This document shows positions 46,642-57,500 of a stretch of DNA of 64,000 nucleotides, in pieces (position 1 is the first letter of the stretch; each line of letters begins with the position of its first letter). The notes beneath the pieces are model-generated. The model did no database searches. It was not told the DNA's origin and saw only the letters and a program-made list of their open reading frames with translations. The DNA is from Minutocellus sp. GHC0000111 (Eukaryota), in NCBI GenBank assembly GCA_977018835.1, contig OZ361260.1, forward strand, positions 682,001 through 746,000. Reading direction: 5' to 3'. Position numbers and translations under genes: made by a program.

Positions 46642-46714
46642 ACTCAACAAAACCTTGAAATTACAAATAGATAATTGCAATATTTATCTACATAACATTA
46701 ATTTCACATTCTGC

Positions 46715-48514
46715 CTAATTCGCAGTGCCGCCATCACCATCATCTTCCTCCTCGTCGCTATCGCCATCACTCTCCCTCTCCTCCTCCTCATCGCTATCAC
46801 TATCGCTGTCCTCCTCGGAGTACTCGATGCCGGCCTCCTCCAGCTCGAATCCATAGAGGGCGAATTGCTTATCGAACTTTCTCTTGGACCAACCCAAGCT
46901 GGTGAGGATTGCAACGTCATCTGCATACGTCGAGCGCCTCTGTCCCCTGCCGCTACCGGCATTCGCTTTCGTTACTGCGCTGTTGAGGCCTTTGTGGACC
47001 GTGGCCATGTACTCCTCGGTTGCTGATCCATCGTACACCTTGCGCATCATTAGGTACATTGAGCTCCTGTAAAAGGAGTCGATCGAGTTCCGGAGCATCA
47101 CAGAGAGGACGTCCTTGTGCTGCTGGCCATACTGGACAGACTCAAGAGTACAGTCATAGATATAGTCGGACGACACCAGCACCAACAAGGCCAGGAGCGC
47201 CTTGGACTTTCGATCGTTGGTAGTAAAGTATCGCTTGATCGCGTCGTCGTCACCATCGTCACCATCCTCATCAGCGAGGTCGGAACGAGCATCGCTACCG
47301 GCATGAACAGCAGATCCACCACTGCCGCTCTTGTACCCGTCCACCTTCTTCCACGTTGAGTCGGGATACTTCTTCATGAGCTTGACGATTCGAAGGAGGG
47401 ACAGCATGATGGTCAACTTGTCTTCATGGGCAATGTCTGGATCGTCAAGGCTGAACTTGTACGTCACAAGAAGCTCGTTCGTATTGGAGGGCATCACATC
47501 TTCCTCAATACCCATGGCATCCAGAACATCGTCGGAAAGGATGGGATCATCACCCTCGGTCAAATCCGACATCTCCAAAAGCCGGAAGGCATAGCACCCA
47601 GCGAGGCAGTTCAACATGAGGAGGTTGTAGTTCCTCGAAGGCTCGTCCATTGTCAACCAGCGCTTGGCAAGAGCATCAACGGACTGATTGGGTGGTAGGT
47701 CAAAAATACCCGAGTCTCTGGCATGCTCAACGGCCACTTTGAGTTCATCCACAACTGGGAGGCTAGCAGCGACAGCACTGAGGCCGTTGCTGTCCTCATC
47801 GAGGGCATTGCCCAATTCCCCAATTGAGCTAAAGACGATCGTACTCCACATCGTCTCGTCGGACCGACGGTATACGCTTCCCATTTGCATCCCAAACATG
47901 CGCTGTTGGATAAAGTCGGTAATAATCTGCCGTATGCCAACGTCGACGTGATGGTCGTCCTCACTGTAGAAACAACCATGCAATCGTTTCTCCGTCATGG
48001 CCATCATCGAGGGAAATTTGACAAAGGCAAAGACCGACTTGTACTCGCCTTGCTTCTGGTCCTCTCGGAGACTCAGCCAGCACTCTCTTGATTCCTGGAG
48101 AGTGGCCAATCGAGCCGCTGCCATCGCCTCGGCGGTCGCAACACCGTTGTCGTTGGCCTCGTCGTCGTCTGATTGCTCGCCCTCTTGCTGCTGCTGTTGG
48201 TTGCCATTGTCGTTGCCACCACCACTGCCGTTGCCACCACCACCACCTCCTCCAGCAGAACCACTGCTAGGATTCTTTCGCTTCCGCAGGTTGGGATTGT
48301 ACGATACTAGGCACGCCTCTCGTATACTCGAAGCAACATCAGGATCCAAATCAATCTGATTGATCCACGTCTCGGTGTGTTCGTTCATGGCCTCGATGAT
48401 GTTCTTGAGCCTGCCACCCTTGACCGCCTCTAGCAGCTTCCTCGAGCTTTCCCCTAGCTCTCGGGCTGCCAGTGTCGTAGTGTCGACCAAGGATTCGTCG
48501 TCGTTGTCGTCCAT
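46715..48514 (-). CDS. Hypothetical acidic protein (island orphan)
   Basis: 599-aa uninterrupted ORF from ATG 48514, with Gly/Gln/acidic linkers and an acidic tail. Confidence 0.75.
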   Translation of the reverse strand: MDDNDDESLVDTTTLAARELGESSRKLLEAVKGGRLKNIIEAMNEHTETWINQIDLDPDVASSIREACLVSYNPNLRKRKNPSSGSAGGGGGGGNGSGGGNDNGNQQQQQEGEQSDDDEANDNGVATAEAMAAARLATLQESRECWLSLREDQKQGEYKSVFAFVKFPSMMAMTEKRLHGCFYSEDDHHVDVGIRQIITDFIQQRMFGMQMGSVYRRSDETMWSTIVFSSIGELGNALDEDSNGLSAVAASLPVVDELKVAVEHARDSGIFDLPPNQSVDALAKRWLTMDEPSRNYNLLMLNCLAGCYAFRLLEMSDLTEGDDPILSDDVLDAMGIEEDVMPSNTNELLVTYKFSLDDPDIAHEDKLTIMLSLLRIVKLMKKYPDSTWKKVDGYKSGSGGSAVHAGSDARSDLADEDGDDGDDDAIKRYFTTNDRKSKALLALLVLVSSDYIYDCTLESVQYGQQHKDVLSVMLRNSIDSFYRSSMYLMMRKVYDGSATEEYMATVHKGLNSAVTKANAGSGRGQRRSTYADDVAILTSLGWSKRKFDKQFALYGFELEEAGIEYSEEDSDSDSDEEEERESDGDSDEEEDDGDGGTAN

Positions 48515-48724
48515 CTCGAGCGGTGGATGATGGAGGGCGGAGGGCAGACGGGGGCTGATTGGGTTGGTCTGATTGTCTCGGTTGAGTCGTTGGCTGGCAC
48601 ACGTTTGAAATTTTTTGTGGTATTCAATGACGAAAAAAAGAACTTGAGGCGAGGCCAGACTGGTCAAACACATCCTCTATGGTTACCTCCCTCTCATTGG
48701 ATACTAGTAGCAACAACCCATCGA

Positions 48725-50219
48725 CTTTTAGAAGTCTTTGAAGCTGCAGCAGACCCAAGGCAGTGTACTCTAGACTGTCCTCGTCACCAGTGGTTGGAGT
48801 ACCAGAGAGAACCCATCTTCTTTCCGATGCTATGAGATTAATGAATTCCGTCACCTCATTTCCAACACGGCAGGCACCAAGCTCGTGTCCTTCATCGCAT
48901 ACCAATCGGAACCAGCGCAATTGCAGGAGCGGCGAATTCTTGAAGCTATCGAGCTCAATTACATCATCATCGTCATCGCCATATCTTCGACGCTTCCTCG
49001 TGCGGAACTGATCCTGTATGCGCGAAAAAGGCACAACGACGATCATGTGACTCATTAAATGGTGCGCTGACGGCAGTTGTCCCCCCTGGTGGTTCAGAGG
49101 AAATCGCGCCTCGCTCAAATCTCCGACGCCGTCAATGTAAACGACGCCGTGGGCTCGAGATTTTCCACCCCCGTCGCCATGCGCGCCACCTACGCCTCCT
49201 CCAAGTCCACCGTCGGCAAACACCTCCAGCTGCAAGTGTCGTCTGGCTTGCTCTGCCCAATGTTCCAGCAGGGCATCGGGCACAATGATGAGCGTCGAAC
49301 TGCACGGGATGAGATTGCGCTCAAAGACAACCCTCTGTCCCTTGTCGCTTGCGAAGAAGCGTCGATTGCGCTTGTCCAATCCCGCCTTGAACGCATTGAC
49401 GTTGCGCCGAAAGAGCTCCAACAGATCGAACGGGATGTACTGCGCCAGCGTTACTCGGACGTATCGTTCGAACGAAAGCAAGGTTGGTAGCCGATCGTCA
49501 TTGTACGGAGGCGACACATAGCTCTCTAATCGTTTGTAAGTGGCCACCAGCCGCTTCACCCCCGCACCACTCTGCGCAGCGGCCTGATCGGCCACCCAAT
49601 CCCTCAATGGTTTCATCGCTCGCAGTATCTCCATCCGAAAGACGGGATTGACCCTCATCATCTTCCAATGCTCGTCGATGCTGTCCTCGTCAAAGAATTC
49701 CGAGGGTTGCACCGGTTTGCATCCTGCCGTGGAGGCAATGTGTGCTAGCATTGTGATGGTCTTCCCCAGCCCGGGGGCATCTCCTAGGATTCCACCGCGG
49801 AGGGCACCGAATTCCGTGTTGGTGTTCTCGGCGCGGTACATGGCCTGAAGGCTGGCCAATTGGTGCGGAAACAAACCGGCCCCGGCTCGCAAATCGGAGG
49901 GCGTGGACAGCGTGCCCGGATACGCGGGGAATGGCACGACGTAGTCTCGGCCGTCGCGGCAGCGGTTGTATTCGATTGTTTCGAGGGCCAGACGGATCGG
50001 CTTGCAGATCGTTCGGACCAGGTAGAGGTCTCGGAGGGTGAGGAAGTCGTACGTTGAGGCTGCGTCGAGGCGAGGGCCGGTCGTGTTGATGCGAAGAAAA
50101 ATGTTGAGCAGCGGAGACGAGGACGAAATAGTGCCAGGAGGTGGCGAAGAGCCGGAAGAGTCTTGCGACTCTGCTTCGGCGGCCACGTGGCCATTATCGG
50201 CGGGTGCACTGGGGGGCAT
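48725..50219 (-). pseudogene. 5' part of an SNF2-family helicase gene, truncated just after motif III
   Basis: 'LFPHQLASL', motif I 'GGILGDAPGLGKTITML', Ia 'TLIIVPDALLEHW', II 'WFRLVCDEGH', III 'RWVLSGTP'; similarity is lost after 'LQLQRLLK'. Confidence 0.85.
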
Positions 50220-50449
50220 GGTGGCTGTGTGAATTGATTGATTCGCAGGTCTCTCGGGGAGCGTGAGCAATGCAACATGCAAGACAGCAGGACCGAAGTG
50301 CCGTCATTGAAGGGATGAAGGAATGACGAGAACTGCAAATTGGAGCGAGAAGTTTTCGATTTTCGACGGACTGAAGGACAGACCAAAAATGAAATGCTGA
50401 CCGCACAACTTGGAAGTCAGAGCGAAGAATAACACAACCCACCATCAAG

Positions 50450-51703
50450 ATGGTCTCCGCCTCTATCGCCGTCCCTGCCGCATGCCTTGCGTGCTGCTGC
50501 GTCGCATCGCCGGTATCTGCATTCTCGTCAACAGCGACTGCGCGAAAGAACCGCCCTGCTGTTCATAACCCACCACATCATGTGCTGCTTTCTTCTCCTC
50601 GTTCCACCTCCTCCACGCAGCTCTCAATGGCGTACGGCCCACCACCGGAAGATCTGTACGGTGCCATCCATCGCAAGGAGTATCAAATTAAGAAGGTCAA
50701 CGCCCAGCACGCACGTCCCTCTGACCCAGTTAAGATGGCCCTGGGTTACGCCGTCGAGGGCATCGGCGGACGAGAGATGAAGCTGGCCAAGGCCCTCCGC
50801 CGTGTGTACGAGGATCCCGAGAATCCGGCCAATCCCAATGCCCGTCCCAAGACACCCGAGGAGGAGGAACGGGCCGCCAAGTTGCTGGACATTGGCATGG
50901 CCGACGCCACCATGCGACGGGGTAGCTTCGTCGTGGACATTAAGCGCCGATCGCTCAGTCGACCCGGTGAGCAGTTCGCACGGTTCGACGATGCCGGTAT
51001 GGTCGCCGATGCCATGGTCAGTCTTGGTGCCGATGCCGTCTTTGTCAATGTCGATTATGAAGCTTACGGGGGAGATCTATCGGAGCTAAAGAGTGCCATT
51101 CGTGCCGTGAAGGAGGCCAGCCCGACGGCTGCCGTCGTCATGAAGGATATCGTGGTGGATGAAATCCAACTGGGATTGGCCAAGGAGGCCGGTGCCGATG
51201 GTATCCTCCTCATTGCGTCTGTTCTGGGCCCGGCGTTGGAGAACTTTTTGGATCAAGCCACATGCATGGGTTTGGAAACGATCGTCGAGTGCCACACGGC
51301 CAACGAGGTGGAGGCAGCTCTCGCCGCATTGGCCCAAAATATTATGGTGTCCAATTACGATCGCATCCGTGGGGAATACCATCCTGATCAAGCCTACAAG
51401 CTGGCTGGATTGTTCCCCGGATCGGGTGGTCCCATCATCACATTGGCGGGAGGTGACATTACCACGACGGATCAAATGAAGAAGTTGCTGGCCATTGGAT
51501 ACGACGGAGTTGTCGTTGGCAAAGCCGTCATGGGCAGTACGAGAGCGCCTGAGTTCATCAAGTGCGCACGAGACCGAACACTATTGCCTGCAGAATTCTC
51601 GCAGTGGGGTCTCGATGACTATGAGTTTGATCCGGATGGAAATTTGATGGATGGGCCAAAGAAGGATGTAATTTCGGCTGGAGATGAGGGCACGTTTGAG
51701 TGA
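50450..51703 (+). CDS. Plastid-targeted indole-3-glycerol-phosphate synthase-like protein (divergent)
   Basis: Signal peptide with VSA-F; 'VDIKRRS', 'YGGDLSEL', 'MKDIVVDEIQL..AKEAGADGILLIA', 'MGLETIVECHT..EV', 'GYDGVVVGKAVM'. Confidence 0.8.
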   Translation: MVSASIAVPAACLACCCVASPVSAFSSTATARKNRPAVHNPPHHVLLSSPRSTSSTQLSMAYGPPPEDLYGAIHRKEYQIKKVNAQHARPSDPVKMALGYAVEGIGGREMKLAKALRRVYEDPENPANPNARPKTPEEEERAAKLLDIGMADATMRRGSFVVDIKRRSLSRPGEQFARFDDAGMVADAMVSLGADAVFVNVDYEAYGGDLSELKSAIRAVKEASPTAAVVMKDIVVDEIQLGLAKEAGADGILLIASVLGPALENFLDQATCMGLETIVECHTANEVEAALAALAQNIMVSNYDRIRGEYHPDQAYKLAGLFPGSGGPIITLAGGDITTTDQMKKLLAIGYDGVVVGKAVMGSTRAPEFIKCARDRTLLPAEFSQWGLDDYEFDPDGNLMDGPKKDVISAGDEGTFE

Positions 51704-52188
51704 TGTCGGTGAATTAGATCTAGTAGTCTAGATCTAGATATATTCTTTTTTTAGTTCAGTCAGTGAGAGAAATCGTGAGATCGTGAGAGAGAGAGACACG
51801 TGCGCTTGCCTGCGGTAGATTCTAAAATGTGAACCGGTAAACATAACTTAGCCCTATGCAAACCAGTGGAGAACCAGGCACCGTATGTAGAGGAACATAT
51901 ATATTGTCGCCAAAGCCGTTCTTGCGTTCGTTCTTGTCCGCTGAATCGATTGATCGAATCAATCGTCATCATCATCGATAATTACCGTACCAATCTCCCA
52001 GAAAACATCTCCGCATTTCGCTGGTGGTGACGGTGCCAGCACAGCCCCGCAGTCTGCACTTTCGATCAGAACCGGCACTGGCGGAAGGGCAGAGCGTTCA
52101 TTGACCAGGCCACGATTCCATCGTTGAATGCATTGGATCAATTCATTCCAAGTCCTTCCTATTACAGTACATTTGCTTCGCTCTAGTT

Positions 52189-53222
52189 ATGAAATTTCTC
52201 GAAAAGCGCGATGGTGGGAAGAAGAGAAATAGGCACGAGATCAGTGGGGGTGTCGATGCGCCCGTGCCGGTCAAGGGCAATAATGAAGAGCAACCGGGGG
52301 AATGCAACGTAGAGGCGGGTGGATCCGGCGGCGCCATGAACGAATCGATTCCCAATAGTACACCATACGCAACTTATGGTGCGACGGAGGAGGACAATCA
52401 TTTCGACATTGACGAGGAATCGTTAGATGCGTCCAGTCAGTATTCCAACAAAATGGGACTGTTAACAGCCGAAGATCGGAAGGCCGGAAATGACGCAGAG
52501 CACTATCTCCGGCAAAGTCCGTTAGGGAGGGCCTACCCAGAACGAACTTTGGCTCTGCTTGTCACACTGATGCTCGAGCTGCCGACTTTGTTTATAATAT
52601 CTGGAGGAAGTGATAAGTTACTCACATTGATTGGTCGTCGAAGGTAAGTCGAGAATTCCCTATTAATGCAGCTGATTATTAATCGGCGTATATGTGCGTG
52701 CATGTATGCGACCTCTACCTCCCTAATATATTCCTATGTACTTATTTCTCCGCGCTATGAAGATATCAACTCCTCGTGGCGTTTCTACCCTTGACGAGTG
52801 CGATCAGCGGTAATGTTGGTCTCCAGGCCAGTACTTTGACAACGCGAGCAGTCAGTCATCTGCAGATTACCAAACACTCGTATTGCATTTGGCTGTACAA
52901 AGAAATTGTGGCTGCAGCGTATCAAGGTTTCGGAATGGGCACAGTATCGGGCATATTTGCGTATGTTGCAAGCGGATACGATATGGCATTTGGCTTTACA
53001 ATATTCCTGGCGCAATTCTGTTCGATACTGACGGCTGGTTTCACGGGCACTCTCGCACCACTGATATTTACATTTGTATTCCGGAGAGACTCCGGGCAGT
53101 GGGGTGGACCCCTGGAAACAGCGATACAGGATATCGTGGGATCATTTGCCATGGTGATTTTGTCGTACCATGTATTGAATTGGCTCGGACCTCACGAAAT
53201 ATCTGAGTCTGACATGTGTTGA
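52189..53222 (+). CDS. MgtE integral-membrane-domain protein (divalent cation transporter-like); intron 52644-52762
   Basis: 'FLPLTSAISGNVGLQASTLTTRA', 'GTLAPL', 'D...WGGPLETAIQDIVG' match the MgtE TM domain. Confidence 0.85.
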
Positions 53223-53476
53223 GAGATTTCAAGCATAAGGATGCCCATGGCGAATTAATCACAGTACATAGAAATCGAGGCTCCCCTACTACTGATATTA
53301 GCTAATTGAAGGGGAAATTCCCCATTGATGGCACGCATGCAAGTAGGAAAAGCTTAAGTATACAATTAAATTTAGATTACACTCGAGCGAGAAAAGTTAC
53401 TCGCTACAAACGAAAAAGGCAAGCCCCCCCCCGCTGGGCCTGTGTAGCAGTGTTGCTACGCACGTGTTCGTGTGAG

Positions 53477-54262
53477 TTAGCATGAGCTCCTTCTCTTCGT
53501 CTTCATTTCAATAAAAGACCAGGAAGACTCTCGGAGACGAGTGATGGGTGTCGTCTTGAGGGAAGCTCTTCGTTGCTTCTTGATCTTGTCAACTTCCTTG
53601 GTGGCCTTCGTCATTTCGCTTCGGCTGTAACCGTATTCGCGAAGGATGGACTCGCGGTGGGAGCGAGGAAGGTGAAACTGGCTGCGTGACCGGCGCTTGT
53701 CTTTCATCCATTCCTCGTACTTTTCGATGCAGATGGGATTCAGCTCGTTGTAGCGCCAGCCGATGGAGACTGGGGCACCGTTGGAGCAGCTGGGGTTGTC
53801 TCCCAACTGCACCTCGTAGTTACGGATGGTAAGAGAACCGAATTGGACGCTGGATCGGCGTCGTTGGGCTTTTTTGGTGTCTGGTGACAACATCGATGAC
53901 GAACAAGTGCTGCTGCTGGAATCCAGATCGAGGGAAGTGGATGAGGTTGTTGTCTCGATGGTACTCTCACTGCTGATGAGGCTAGAATAATGCTTTGGGC
54001 TATCGCTTCCTCTTCTCATCATGCTGGCTTTGTTTTCTTTTGGAAGAAGCACCAAGCATTGCAGTCCTGGCTCACTTGCGCTTCTTTTGACCTTGCAGTG
54101 GACGGAATTTCTATTGTCCTTATTGTGCTCGTCGGAGGAACTTGGAGGTGATGGCCCTTCTTGTTCTTTCAGGCGAGGAAGAACACAATTGCCGATCGAC
54201 GAGGAGGATGATGATGGGCAAATGGCGGCGGCGGAGGAACACATGCTTCTCCTGAGTTGCAT
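53477..54262 (-). CDS. Diatom-type conserved hypothetical protein
   Basis: 'SVQFGSLTIRNYEVQLGDNPSCSNGAPVSIGWRY...YE...R..IL...GYS..E.......KIK.QR' pattern following a Ser-rich N-terminus. Confidence 0.8.
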   Translation of the reverse strand: MQLRRSMCSSAAAICPSSSSSSIGNCVLPRLKEQEGPSPPSSSDEHNKDNRNSVHCKVKRSASEPGLQCLVLLPKENKASMMRRGSDSPKHYSSLISSESTIETTTSSTSLDLDSSSSTCSSSMLSPDTKKAQRRRSSVQFGSLTIRNYEVQLGDNPSCSNGAPVSIGWRYNELNPICIEKYEEWMKDKRRSRSQFHLPRSHRESILREYGYSRSEMTKATKEVDKIKKQRRASLKTTPITRLRESSWSFIEMKTKRRSSC

Positions 54263-54524
54263 ATTTGAGATTGATTGGGATATGTAGTGATCAAGACGAA
54301 TATGCAAACAAGGAAGGCAAAAGCCACACGGAATCGTCTATTGTGGGTGTAATAGGCCGTGTAATAATGCTTACGTGTAGCAGCTTCCGGGCGGAATTTT
54401 TGTCATCTCTTGAAGAAGAAGTGACGCGCAATACCGGCCACACAAAGAGCATCCCACACAGAAAGCCACACAGAAAGTCGGTGGTACCTAGGTACCTAGG
54501 TACATGTACATGTACTACGTAGTA

Positions 54525-57500
54525 CCTTTCGGTTTCAGAGGATTTGTAGAGGGTATACCAATAACCCCTAAAAAAGGTCATTCTTGCACCCATTTCTCAT
54601 TTCCCACCACGTGTTTTGTTAGTCGATGTTCTCTTCGGGAGGAACGCAAATACTCCTCAACTCGTGGATATCTACTGGACCTGCTCATTCAGTAGGTTGC
54701 CACCGACCATTAGTATCCACTGAATTCGCAGGTCCAGTAGATTCTGGCAGGAACACATATATTTTTTGGTCCCCCGCACACCCTCACCGCAACCCGCAAA
54801 TTTTGTGACGATGACGACGACCAACCAGACCACGCCCAAAAAATACAAACGCAGCAGAACTTCGTTCTCAGGGAGCAAGAGAGGCAACACCAAGGCATCC
54901 AGGAAGGCGGCAAAGGCGGCAGCTGAGCCGAAAACACCATCGCCGAGCGCAAACACGTCGAAGAAGCGGCCACGGTCAAATTCGCCCCCCCGCGCCAAAC
55001 CGTCACCGTCGTCGGCGAAGAAGAGGACGGCCCCTCCTCCTATCCCCATGGCCTTTCTCCTTGCAGCAGATGTCATTCGAAGGGCTGGTAAGGATCTGTG
55101 GTGGAGAGTAACCCCCGATTCCTGCGGCAAAGATGACATTTGTGTTGGTTCTCGGCAGAAATGGATGGGAAGACGTGTCCTCCCTGCTTTCATCGAGGCC
55201 GACTTGTTGCGTTCCAAGTCCGTCGGTGGAGGAAAGCATGAGCTACAGTACAACGAGGAAAAATGGAAGGATATGCAGCAACATCTCAAGGAGCATTGTA
55301 GTTTGAAGTTGCACTTGTCGACGTATCGGCCGAGAGGGAAGACAAGACGCAGGGCGCTTTGTGTTTGTGCTCACAGGTTGCGTAAAAAGAAGGAGGACAA
55401 CCACCCGAAATTCTCTGGACCGGAGGGACAGAAGGTGCACGAGAAAAGAAATCCCGATGAAGTTCTGTTCTCTGGGCGCTCGACTGTCTTAGCTACTAAG
55501 CTAGGTGAGAGGTTGTCAGCTCACAGAAACGAGGCACAGTCAGCGCATTGCGAAGCAAGAGTAAAATCACTAGTCGACGAGGCCAAGAAACTGGGTTGGA
55601 TGCCAGCAAGTCTCCTCAGCATGCTGAAGGGAAAACTGGTGATGCTTCCGCCACTGAAGCAGCTGCAGCCTCCCCCAATGATGAAGGTTTAGGAGGAGCC
55701 GATACTTCCGTTGTCTGTGCCACCTCCAGTGACACATTGATGAACAGGTAAAGGTCGCTCTCGGCCTCGACTTTGTTGTTCGGATGGCCAACGATGACAT
55801 GCTCCGTCCTCCTCATCCCAATGCAACCGTCACCGAACCAATACCAATCAGAAAAGAAAAGCAGGCGAATGAAAGAATGCGGTTCAGCGCCGTGGCTCTC
55901 GCGGATTGGTGGGGACACGGCGACCCAACTCGCACGCATGAAGACCGGCAACAAATTGCAACTGCCGCGTGTCGGCAAGTTGCGCACGATCACGGTTATG
56001 CCAAGTCAACCGGTGGTTCTCAGCTTTACAAGTGGAGAGACCAGCTCTACAAAAGCCTTACTGATGGCATCAGCAATCCCATCGGCAGAAAGGAGGTTCG
56101 TGGAAGGAAGGCATGCACGGACATGATCGAGGAGAAGGAGCCAGGATGTCTCCGCGAGCTGCATCGGTGTGCTGCTCGGATGAAGGGTGCGATGGCAACC
56201 TTTAAGGAGCTAGCTGACTGCATGAGCGCAAAATCAGCTACTCCAGATGAAGATAGGCTGACAATTAGTCTCCATCGTCTTCAGCTTTTTCGCTGGTGGA
56301 AAAAGCAAGGCGGTAAGGAGAAGTCGTCGATCGAGAAGCCGAGGCTCACCCCCGAACATTGTAGGAAGCGACTTGATTGGATCGAAAAGTGGGAGGACAT
56401 TACGACCGATCCCAACATTCCTGTAGCGTGTCTTGATGAAAAGTGGTTTTACACCACTGCTCGGCGACGAGAGATCAAGATGTTGCCACTTTCTGACGAA
56501 GAACTAAGTAGTCCGAACCTCGCATCTATCCATGCTTCCGAGGCAAGCCCGAAAATTCGATCCAGAAGACACCCTGTCAAAGTTATGTATCTTGGAGTTG
56601 TTGGCCGACCAATGAAGGATGAAACCAAAGACGTTGATTTCAATGGGCGCACCATGATCAAGAGAGTCGCCAGGGAGCAGAAGGTGGAAAAGCTTACGCG
56701 TAATCAGAATTTCTCTCCAGATGCTAAGGTCAACGATGCGCTAAAAATGACAAAGATTGGCGCGACATTTACGACGAGAATGCTGACATGACCGCCGGCC
56801 ATCTTCGCGACCACATTGCCGAAATCTACGGCCTTTCTGAGTTTGTTACAGAGCGATTGGAACTTCAATACGAGGACTATAAATCCGACGGTCAGGCAAA
56901 AAGTCGCAAGCATGCCGCTGTTGGCTACAATCAAAAGATCTCGAGTCTCAAGCGACACACTCCTGATAGCAATGGAGAGAAGGTGAAGGTTGAGATCGAC
57001 GACCTTGAGCTCGGGGTGCGGTATCAACGGGGCGATAAGGTTACCAAGGACTGTAGCTCCGACTCCAAATGGATGTTGGAGACTATGAATGAGGTCGGGA
57101 AGGCGATTCGAGACGCACATCATTGGGTGAAGTGGGATCCACAAAATATTCAGGAGTCTGATGTTATGTATCTTATGATGGACAATGCCGGCGGTCATGG
57201 GTCCAATGAAGCAGTTGAGAAGTACACCGAGGACCACAAAAACAAATATAAGATTGAGATAATCCAGCAGGTTCCTCGGTCACCCGAGACAAATGTTCTT
57301 GATCTCGGCATCTGGATGTCTTTGCAGTCGGCCGTCGAAAAGGAGCATCGCGGTCAGAAGAATGATGCGAATGCTGCTCTTGACAAGACTGTGATGAAAG
57401 TATGGGCCAATGTCGCATCAAAAGAGGCCTTTCTCAATGTATTTGGAAAACTTCCAGTGATATATAACAACATCAAGAGAAGTCGTGGCGGTAACAATCT

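Larger units (their letters stand above)
34445..48724. mobile_element. Putative accessory island / giant-element remnant with orphan DNA-modification and chromatin genes
   Basis: Sharp junctions against interrupted host genes on both sides, no housekeeping genes, and a visibly AT-richer core (~36.6-46.7 kb). No transposase or terminal repeats recognised. Confidence 0.55.

Noticed and set aside
48660..48730. Search for TIRs or a target-site duplication matching 34445 or 32404
   Set aside because: Only a weak resemblance (TCGACTTTTAGA versus TCGATTCTAAAA). The SNF2 middle is missing, so this is not a clean insertion with a TSD.
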